Made by a program: the position numbers and the translations under genes. A DNA stretch of 64,000 bases from the human T2T-CHM13v2.0 reference genome, Homo sapiens: the NCBI RefSeq assembly GCF_009914755.1, contig NC_060942.1. The stretch is one strand, 5' to 3'. Under the pieces are notes generated by a model that saw nothing but the letters and a program-made list of their open reading frames with translations, had not been told where the DNA came from and did not search any database. Within the stretch, counting starts at the first letter, position 1. Each line of letters starts with the position of its first letter. Positions 50,101 to 61,100 of the stretch are shown here, in pieces.

Positions 50101-53100
50101 GAGCGCTTTCCGGCCTAAGGTGAAAAAGGAAATATCTTCCCATAAAAACTAGACAGAAGCATTCTCAGAAACTTACTCGTGATGTGTGTCCTCAACTAAA
50201 GGAGTAGAACCTTTCTTTTCATAGAGAAGTTTTGAAACGCTCTTTTTGTGGAATCTGCAAGTGGATATTTGGCTAGTTTTGAGGATTTCGTTGGAAGCGG
50301 GAATTCATACAAATTGCAGACTGCAGCGTTCTGAGAAACATCTTTGTGATGTTTGTATTCAGGACACAGAGTTGAACATTCCCTATCATAGAGCAGGTTT
50401 GAATCACTCCCTTTGTAGTATCTGGAAGTGGACATTTGGAGCGCTTTCAGGCCTATGTTGGAAAAGGAAATATCTTCCCATAACAACTAGACAGAAGCAT
50501 TCTCAGAAACTTATTTGAGATGTGTGTACTCAACTAAGAGAATTGAACCACCGTTTTGAAGGAGCAGTTTTGAAACACTCTTTTTCTGGAATCTGCAAGT
50601 GGATATTTAGCTAGATTTGAGGATTTCGTTGGAAACGGGATTACATATACAAAGCAGACAGCAGCAGTCTCAGAAAGTTCTTTGTGATGATTGCATTCAA
50701 GTCACAGAATTGAACATTCCCTTTCACAGAGCAGGTTTGAAACACTCTTTTTGTAGTGTGTGTAAGTGGACATTTGGAGCACTTTCCGGCCTAAGGTGAA
50801 AAAGGAAATATCTTCCCATAAAAACTAGACACAAGCATTCTCAGAAACTTATTTGAGATGTGTGTACTCAACTAAGAGAATTGAACCACCGTTTTGAAGG
50901 AGCAGTTTTGAAACACTCTTTTTCTGGAATCTGCAAGTGGATATTTGGCTAGCTTTGGGGATTTCGCTGGAAGCGGGAATACATATAAAAAGCACACAGC
51001 AGCGTTCTGAGAAACTGCTTTCTGATGTTTGCATTCAAGTCAAAAGTTGAACACTCCCTTTCATAGAGCAGTCCTGAAACACTCCTTTTGTAGTATCTGG
51101 AACTGGACTTTTGGAGCGCTTTCAGGGCTAAGGTGAAAAAGGAAATATCTTCCCATAAAAACTGGACAGAAGCATTCTCAGAAACTTGTTTATGCTGTAT
51201 CTACTCTACTAACAAAGTTGAACCTTTCTTTTGACAGAGCAGTTTTGAAATGCTCTTTTTGTGGAATCTGCAAGTGGATATTTGGCTAGATTTGAGGATT
51301 TCGTTGGAAGCTGGAATTCATACAAATTGCAGACTGCAGCGTTCTGAGAAACATCTTTGTGATGTTTGTATTCAGGACACAGAGTTGAACATTCCCTATC
51401 ATAGAGCAGGTTGGAATCACTCCTTTTGTAGTATCTGGAAGTGGACATTTGGAGCGCTTTCAGGCCTACGTTGAAAAAGGAAATATCTTCCCATAACAAC
51501 TAGACACAAGCATTCTCAGAAACTTGTTTGTGATGTGTGCCCTCTACTGACAGAGTTGAACCTTTCTTTTCATAGAGCAGTTTTGAAACACTCTTTTTGT
51601 AGAATCTGCAAGAGGATATTTGCATAGCTTTGAGGATTTCGTGGGAAACGGGATTGTCTTCAGGTAAAATCTAGACAGAAGCATTCTCAGAAACTTCTTT
51701 GGGATGTTTGCATTCAAGTCACAGAGTAGAACATTCCCTTTGGTAGAGCAGGTTTGAAACACTCTTTTTGTAGTATCTGGAAGTGGACATTTGGAGCGCT
51801 TTCAGGCCTATGTTGGAAAGGGAAATATCTTCCCTTAACAACTAGGCAGAAGCATTCTCAGAAACTTATTTGAGATGTGTGTACTCAACTAAGAGAATTG
51901 AACCACCGTTTTGAAGGACCAGTTTTGAAACACTCTTTTTCTGGAATCTGCAAGAGTATATTTGCCTAGCCTTGAGGATTTCGTTGGAAACCGGATTGTC
52001 TTCAGAGAAAATCTAGACAGAAGCATTCTCAGAAACTTCTTTGGGATGTTTGCATTCAAGTCACAGAGTAGAACATTCCCTTTGGTAGAGCAGGTTTGAA
52101 ACACTCTTTTTTTAGTATATGGAAGTGGACATTTGGAGCCCTTTCAGGCCTACGTTGGAAAAGGAAATATCTTCCCATAACAACTAGACAGAAGCATTCT
52201 CAGAAACTTATTTGAGATGTGTGTATTCAACTAAGAGAATTGAACCACCGTTTTGAAGGAGGAGTTTTGAAACACTCTTTTTCTGGAATCTGCAAGTGGA
52301 TATTTAGCTAGATTTGAGGATTTCGTTGGAAACGGGATTACATATACAAAGCAGACAGCAGCAGTCTCAGAAAGTTCTTTGTGATGATTGCATTCAAGTC
52401 ACAGAATTGAACATTCCCTTTCACAGAGCAGGTTTGAAACACTCTTTTTGTAGTGTGTGTAAGTGGACATTTGGAGCACTTACCGGCCTAAGGTGAAAAA
52501 GGAAATATCTTCCCATAAAAACTAGACAGAAGCATTCTCAGAAACTTACTCGTGATGTGTGTCCTCAACTAAAGGAGTAGAACCTTTCTTTTCATAGAGA
52601 AGTTTTGAAACGCTCTTTTTGTGGAATCTGCAAGTGGATATTTGGCTAGTTTTGAGGATTTCGTTGGAAGCGGGAATTCATACAAATTGCAGACTGCAGC
52701 GTTCTGAGAAACATCTTTGTGATGTTTGTATTCAGGACACAGAGTTGAACATTCCCTATCATAGAGCAGGTTTGAATCACTCCCTTTGTAGTATCTGGAA
52801 GTGGACATTTGGAGCGCTTTCAGGCCTATGTTGGAAAAGGAAATATCTTCCCATAACAACTAGACAGAAGCATTCTCAGAAACTTATTTGAGATGTGTGT
52901 ACTCAACTAAGAGAATTGAACCACCGTTTTGAAGGAGCAGTTTTGAAACACTCTTTTTCTGGAATCTGCAAGTGGATATTTGGCTAGCTTTGGGGATTTC
53001 GCTGGAAGCGGGAATACATATAAAAAGCACACAGCAGCGTTCTGAGAAACGGCTTTCTGATGTTTGCATTCAAGTCAAAAGTTGAACACTCCCTTTCATA

Positions 53101-56100
53101 GAGCAGTCTTGAAACACCCCTTTTGTAGTATCTGGAACTGGACTTTTGGAGCGATTTCAGGGCTAAGGTGAAAAAGGAAATATCTTCCCATAAAAACTGG
53201 ACAGAAGCATTCTCAGAAACTTGTTTATGCTGTATCTACTCAACTAACAAAGTTGAACCTTTCTTTTGATAGAGCAGTTTTGAAATGGTCTTTTTGTGGA
53301 ATCTGCAAGTGGATATTTGGCTAGTTTTGAGGATTTCGTTGGAAGCGGGAATTCATACAAATTGCAGACTGCAGCGTTCTGAGAAACATCTTTGTGATGT
53401 TTGTATTCAGGACACAGAGTTGAACATTCCCTATCATAGAGCAGGTTGGAATCACTCCTTTTGTAGTATCTGGAAGTGGACATTTGGAGCGCTTTCAGGC
53501 CTATTTTGGAAAGGGAAATATCTTCCCGTAACAACTATGCAGAAGCATTCTCAGAAACTTGTTTGTGATGTGTGCCCTCTACTGACAGAGTTGAACCTTT
53601 CTTTTCATAGAGCAGTTTTGAAACACTCTTTTTGTAGAATCTGCAAGAGGATATTTGCATAGCTTTGAGGATTTCGTGGGAAACGGGATTGTCTTCAGGT
53701 AAAATCTAGACAGAAGCATTCTCAGAAACTTCCTTGGGATGTTTGCATTCAAGTCACAGAGTAGAACATTCCCTTTGGTAGAGCAGGTTTGAAACACTCT
53801 TTTTGTAGTATCTGGAAGTGGACATTTGGAGCGCTTTCAGGCCTATGTTGGAAAGGGAAATATCTTCCCGTAACAACTAGGCAGAAGCATTCTCAGAAAC
53901 TTATTTGAGATGTGTGTACTCAACTAAGAGAATTGAACCACCGTTTTGAAGGAGCAGTTTTGAAACACTCTTTTTCTGGAATCTGCAAGAGTATATTTGC
54001 CTAGCCTTGAGGATTTCGTTGGAAACGGGATTGTCTTCAGATAAAATCTAGACAGAAGCATTCTCAGAAACTTCTTTGGGATGTTTGCATTCAAGTCACA
54101 GAGTAGAACATTCCCTTTGGTAGAGCAGGTTTGAAACACTCTTTTTTTAGTATATGGAAGTGGACATTTTGATCGCTTTCAGGCCTACGTTGGAAAAGGA
54201 AATATCTTCCCATAACAACTAGACAGAAGCATTCTCAGAAACTAGTTTCTGATGTGTGTCCTCAACTAACACAGTTGAACATTTCTATAGACAGAACAGT
54301 TTTGAAACACTCTTTTTGTGGAATCTGCAAGTGGCTATTTGGCTAGATTTGAGGATTTCGTTGGAAACGGGATTACATATAAAAAGCAGTCAGCAGCATT
54401 CTCAGAAAGTTCTTTGTGATGATTGCATTCAAGTCACAGAATTGAACATTCCCTTTCACAGAGCAGGTTTGAAACACTCTTTTTGTAGTGTGTGTAAGTG
54501 GACATTTGGAGCACTTACCGGCCTAAGGTGAAAAAGGAAATATCTTCCCATAAAAACTAGACAGAAGCATTCTCAGAAACTTACTCGTGATGTGTGTCCT
54601 CAACTAAAGGAGTAGAACCTTTCTTTTCATAGAGAAGTTTTGAAACGCTCTTTTTGTGGAATCTGCAAGTGGATATTTGGCTAGTTTTGAGGATTTCGTT
54701 GGAAGCGGGAATTCATACAAATTGCAGACTGCAGCGTTCTGAGAAACATCTTTGTGATGTTTGTATTCAGGACACAGAGTTGAACATTCCCTATCATAGA
54801 GCAGGTTTGAATCACTCCTTTTGTAGTATCTGGAAGTGGACATTTGGAGCACTTTCAGGCCTATGATGGAAAAGGAAATTTCTTCCCATAACAACTAGAC
54901 AGAAGCATTCTCAGAAACTTATTTGAGATGTGTGTACTCAACTAAGAGAATTGAACCACCGTTTTGAAGGAGCAGTTTTGAAACACTTTTTCTGGAATCT
55001 GCAAGTGGATATTTGGCTAGCTTTGGGGATTTCGCTGGAAGCGGGAATACATATAAAAAGCATACAGCAGCGTTCTGAGAAACTGCTTTCTGATGTTTGC
55101 ATTCAAGTCAAAAGTTGCACACTCCCTTTCATAGAGCAGTCCTGAAACACTCCTTTTGTAGTATCTGGAACTGGACTTTTGGAGCGCTTTCAGGGCTAAG
55201 GTGAAAAAGGAAATATCTTCCCATAAAAACTGGACAGAAGCATTCTCAGAAACTTGTTTATGCTGTATCTACTCTACTAACAAAGTTGAACCTTTCTTTT
55301 GATAGAGCAGTTTTGAAATGCTCTTTTTGTGGAATCTGCAAGTGGATATTTGGCTAGATTTGAGGATTTCGTTGGAAGCTGGAATTCATACAAATTGCAG
55401 ACTGCAGCGTTCTGAGAAACATCTTTGTGATGTTTGTATTCAGGACACAGAGTTGAACATTCCCTATCATAGAGCAGGTTGGAATCACTCCTTTTGTAGT
55501 ATCTGGAAGTGGACATTTGGAGCGTTTTCAGGCCTATGTTGAAAAAGGAAATATCTTCCCATAACAACTAGACACAAGCATTCTCAGAAACTTGTTTGTG
55601 ATGTGTGCCCTCTACTGACAGATTTGAACCTTTCTTTTCATAGAGCAGTTTTGAAACACTCTTTTTGTAGAATCTGCAAGAGGATATTTGCATAGCTTTG
55701 AGGATTTCGTGGGAAACGGGATTGTCTTCAGGTAAAATCTAGACAGAAGCATTCTCAGAAACTTCTTTGGGATGTTTGCATTCAAGTCACAGAGTAGAAC
55801 ATTCCCTTTGGTAGAGCAGGTTTGAAACACTCTTTTTGTAGTATCTGGAAGTGGACATTTGGAGCGCTTTCAGGCCTATGTTGGAAAGGGAAATATCTTC
55901 CCGTAACAACAAGGCAGAAGCATTCTCAGAAACTTATTTGAGATGTGTGTACTCAACTAAGAGAATTGAACCACAGTTTTGAAGGAGCAGTTTTGAAACA
56001 CTCTTTTTCTGGAATCTGCAAGAGGATATTTGCCTAGTCTTGAGGATTTCGTTGGAATCGGGATTGTCTTCAGATCAAATCTAGACAGAAGCATTCTCAG

Positions 56101-58125
56101 AAACTTCTTTGGGATGTTTGCATTCAAGTCACAGAGTAGAACCTTCCCTTTGGTAGAGCAGGTTTGAAACACTCTTTTTTTAGTATATGGAAGTGGACAT
56201 TTGGAGCGCTTTCAGGCCTACTTTGGAAAAGGAAATATCTTCCCATAACAACTAGACAGAAGCATTCTCAGAAACTAGTTTCTGATGTGTGTCCTCAACT
56301 AACACAGTTGAACATTTCTTTAGACAGAACAGTTTTGAAACACTCTTTTTGTGGAATCTGCAAGTGGCTATTTGGCTAGATTTGAGGATTTCGTTGGAAA
56401 CGGGATTACATATAAAAAGCAGACAGCAGCATTCTCAGAAAGTTCTTTGTGATGATTGCATTCAAGTCACAGAATTGAACATTCCCTTTCACAGAGCAGG
56501 TTTGAAACACTCTTTTTGTAGTGTGTGTAAGTGGACATTTGGAGCACTTTCCGGCCTAAGGTGAAAAAGGAAATATCTTCCCTTAAAAACTAGACAGAAG
56601 CATTCTCAGAAACTTACTCGTGATGTGTGTCCTCAACTAAAGGAGTAGAACCTTTCTTTTCATAGAGAAGTTTTGAAACGCTCTTTTTGTGGAATCTGCA
56701 AGTGGATATTTGGCTAGTTTTGAGGATTACGTTGGAAGCTGGAATTCATACAAATTGCAGACTGCAGCGTTCTGAGAAACATCTTTGTGATGTTTGTATT
56801 CAGGACAGAGAGTTGAACATTCCCTATCATAGAGCAGGTTGGAATCACTCCTTTTGTAGTATCTGGAAGTGGACATTTGGAGCGCTTTCAAGCCTATGTT
56901 GAAAAAGGAAATATCTTCCCATAACAACTAGACACAAGCATTCTCAGAAACTTGTTTGTGATGTGTGCCCTCTACTGACAGAGTTGAACCTTTCTTTTCA
57001 TAGAGCAGTTTTGAAACACTCTTTTTGTAGTATCTGGAATTGGGCATTTGGAGCGCTTTCAGGCCTATGTTGGAAAGGGAAATATCTTCCCTTAACAACT
57101 AGGCAGAAGCATTCTCAGAAACTTATTTGAGATGTGTGTACTCAACTAAGAGAATTGAACCACCCCTTTGAAGGAGCAGTTTTGAAACACTCTTTTTCTG
57201 GAATCTGCAAGAGTATATTTGCCTAGCTTTAAGGATTTCGTTGGAAACGGGATTGTCTTCAGATCAAATCTAGACAGAAGCATTCTCAGAAACTTCTTTG
57301 GGATGTTTGCATTCAAGTCACAGAGTAGAAGATTCCCTTTGGTAGAGCAGGTTTGAAACACTCTTTTTTTCGTATATGGAAGTGGACATTTGGAGCGCTT
57401 TCAGGCCTACGTTGGAAAAGGAAATATCTTCCCATAACAACTAGACAGAAGCATTCTCAGAAACTTATTTGAGATGTGTGTACTCAACTAAGAGAATTGA
57501 ACCACCGTTTTGAAGGAGCAGTTTTGAAACACTCTTTTTCTGGAATCTGCAAGTGGATATTTAGCTAGATATGAGGATTTCGTTGGAAACGGGATTTCAT
57601 ATACAAAGCAGACAGCAGCAGTCTCAGAAAGTTCTTTGTGATGATTGCATTCAAGTCACAGAATTGAACATTCCCTTTCACAGAGCAGGTTTGAAACACT
57701 CTTTTTGTAGTGTGTGTAAGTGGACATTTGGAGCACTTTCCGGCCTAAGGTGAAAAAGGAAATATCTTCCCATAAAAACTAGACAAGCATTCTCAGAAAC
57801 TTACTGGTGATGTGTGTCCTCAACTAAAGGAGTAGAACCTTTCTTTTTATAGAGAAGTTTTGAAACGCTCTTTTTGTGGAATCTGCAAGTGGATATTTGG
57901 CTAGTTTTGAGGATTTCGTTGGAAGCGGGAATTCATACAAATTGCAGACTGCAGCGTTCTGAGAAACATCTTTGTGATGTTTGTATTCAGGACACAGAGT
58001 TGAACATTCCCTATCATAGAGCAGGTTGGAATCACTCCTTTTGTAGTATCTGGAAGTGGACATTTGGAGCGCTTTCAGGCCTATGTTGAAAAAGGAAATA
58101 TCTTCCCATAACAACTAGACACAAG
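47103..58125 (+). repeat. Mixed HOR block: 12-mer (2035), 14-mer ABCDC*EF (2373), 12-mer ABC*DEF (2035), 12-mer (2033), 8-mer (1360), 7-mer (1187)
   Basis: A starts at 47103, 49138, 51511, 53546, 55579, 56939 and 58126. Confidence 0.9.
56939..58125 (+). repeat. 7-mer HOR variant with a fused A1/A2 monomer (171-bp deletion) and a 2-bp deletion
   Basis: The A1 5' half runs into the A2 3' half at ~57011-57030; 1360-171-2 = 1187. Confidence 0.92.
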
Positions 58126-61100
58126 CATTCTCAGAAACTTGTTTGTGATGTGTGCCCTCTACTGACAGAGTTGAACCTTTCTTTTCATAGAGCAGTTTTG
58201 AAACACTCTTTTTGTAGAATCTGCAAGAGGATATTTGCATAGCTTTGAGGATTTCGTGGGAAACGGGATTGTCTTCAGGTAAAATCTAGACAGAAGCATT
58301 CTCAGAAACTTCTTTGTTATGTTTGCATTCAAGTCACAGAGTAGAACATTCCCTTTGGTAGAGCAGGTTTGAAACCCTCTTTTTGTAGTATCTGGAAGTG
58401 GACATTTGGAGCGCATTCAGGCCCATGTTGGAAAGGGAAATATCTTCCCGTAACAACTATGCAGAAGCATTCTCAGAAACTTATTTGAGATGTGTGTACT
58501 CAACTAAGAGAATTGAACCACCGTTTTGAAGGAGCAGTTTTGAAACACTCTTTTTCTGGAATCTGCAAGAGTATATTTGCCTAGCCTTGAGGATTTCGTT
58601 GGAAACCGGATTGTCTTCAGATAAAATCTAGACAGAAGCATTCTCAGAAACTTCTTTGGGATGTTTGCATTCAAGTCACAGAGTAGAACATTCCCTTTGG
58701 TAGAGCAGGTTTGAAACACTCTTTTTTTAGTATATGGAAGTGGACATTTGGAGCGCTTTCAGGCCTACGTTGGAAAAGGAAATATCTTCCCATAACAACT
58801 AGACAGAAGCATTCTCAGAAACTAGTTTCTGATGTGTGTCCTCAACTAACACAGTTGAACTTTTCTTTAGACAGAACAGTTTTGAAACACTCTTTTTGTG
58901 GAATCTGCAAGTGGATATTTGGCTAGATTTGAGGATTTCGGTGGAAACGGGATTACATATAAAAAGCAGTCAGCAGCATTCTCAGAAAGATCTTTGTGAT
59001 GATTGCATTCAAGTCACAGAATTGAACATTCCCTTTCACAGAGTAGGTTTGAAACACTCTTTTTGTAGTGTGTGTAAGTGGACATTTGGAGCACTTTCCG
59101 GCCTAAGGTGAAAAAGGAAATATCTTCCCATAAAAACTAGACAGAAGCATTCTCAGAAACTTACTCGTGATGTGTGTCCTCAACTAAAGGAGTAGAACCT
59201 TTCTATTCATAGAGAAGGTTTGAAACGCTCTTTTTGTGGAATCTCCAAGTGGATATTTGGCTAGTTTTGAGGATTTCGTTGGATGCGGGAATTCATACAA
59301 ATTGCAGACTGCAGCGTTCTGAGAAACATCTTTGTGATGTTTGTATTCAGGACACAGAGATGAACATTCCCTATCATAGAGCAGGTTGGAATCACTCCTT
59401 TTGTAGTATCTGGAAGTGGACATTTGGAGCGCTTTCAGGCCTATGTTGAAAAAGGAAATATCTTCCCATAACAACTAGACACAAGCATTCTCAGAAACTT
59501 GTTTGTGATGTGTGCCCTCTGCTGACAGAGTTGAACCTTTCTTTTCATAGAGCAGTTTTGAAACACTCTTTTTGTAGAATCTGCAAGAGGATATTTGCAT
59601 AGCTTTGAGGATTTCGTGGGAAACGGGATTGTCTTCAGGTAAAATCTAGACAGAAGCATTCTCAGAAACTTCTTTGGGATGTTTGCATTCAAGTCACAGA
59701 GTAGAACATTCCCTTTGGTAGAGCAGGTTTGAAACCCTCTTTTTGTAGTATCTGGAAGTGGACATTTGGAGCGCTTTCAGGCCCATGTTGGAAAGGGAAA
59801 TATCTTCCCGTAACAACTAGGCAGAAGCATTCTCAGAAACTTATTTGAGATGTGTGTACTCAACTAAGAGAATTGAACCACCGTTTTGAAGGAGCAGATT
59901 TGAAACACTCTTTTTCTGGAATCTGCAAGAGTATATTTGCCTAGCCTTGAAGATTTCGTTGGAAACGGGATTGTCTTCAGATAAAATCTAGACAGAAGCA
60001 TTCTCAGAAACTTCTTTGGGATGTTTGCATTCAAGTCACAGAGTAGAACATTCCCTTTGGTAGAGCAGGTTTGAAACACTCTTTTTTTCGTATATGGAAG
60101 TGGACATTTGGAGCGCTTTCAGGCCTACGTTGGAAAAGGAAATATCTTCCCATAACAACTAGACAGAAGCATTCTCAGAAACTAGTTTCTGATGTGTGTC
60201 CTCAACTAACACAGTTGAACTTTTCTTTAGACAGAACAGTTTTGAAACACTCTTTTTGTGGAATCTGCAAGTGGCTATTTGGCTAGATTTGAGGATTTCG
60301 TTGGAAACGGGATTACATATAAAAAGCAGACAGCAGCATTCTCAGAAAGTTCTTTGTGATGATTGCATTCAAGTCACAGAATTGAACATTCCCTTTCACA
60401 GAGTAGGTTTGAAACACTCTTTTTGTAGTGTGTGTAAGTGGACATTTGGAGCGCTTTCCGGCCTAAGGTGAAAAAGGAAATATCTTCCCATAAAAACTAG
60501 ACAGAAGCATTCTCAGAAACTTACTCGTGATGTGTGTCCTCAACTAAAGGAGTAGAACCTTTCTATTCATAGAGAAGTTTTGAAACGCTCTTTTTGTGGA
60601 ATCTCCAAGTGGATATTTGGCTAGTTTTGAGGATTTCGTTGGAAGCGGGAATTCATCCAAATTGCAGACTGCAGCGTTCTGAGAAACATCTTTGTGATGT
60701 TTGTATTCAGGACACAGAGATGAACATTCCCTATCATAGAGCAGGTTGGAATCACTCCTTTTGTAGTATCTGGAAGTGGACATTTGGAGCGCTTTCAGGC
60801 CTATGTTGAAAAAGGAAATATCTTCCCATAACAACTAGACACAAGCATTCTCAGAAACTTGTTTGTGATGTGTGCCCTCTACTGACAGAGTTGAACCTTT
60901 CTTTTCATAGAGCAGTTTTGAAACACTCTTTTTGTAGAATCTGCAAGAGGATATTTGCATAGCTTTGAGGATTTCGTGGGAAACGGGATTGTCTTCAGGT
61001 AAAATCTAGACAGAAGCATTCTCAGAAACTTCTTTGGGATGTTTGCATTCAAGTCACAGAGTAGAACATTCCCTTTGGTAGAGCAGGTTTGAAACCCTCT

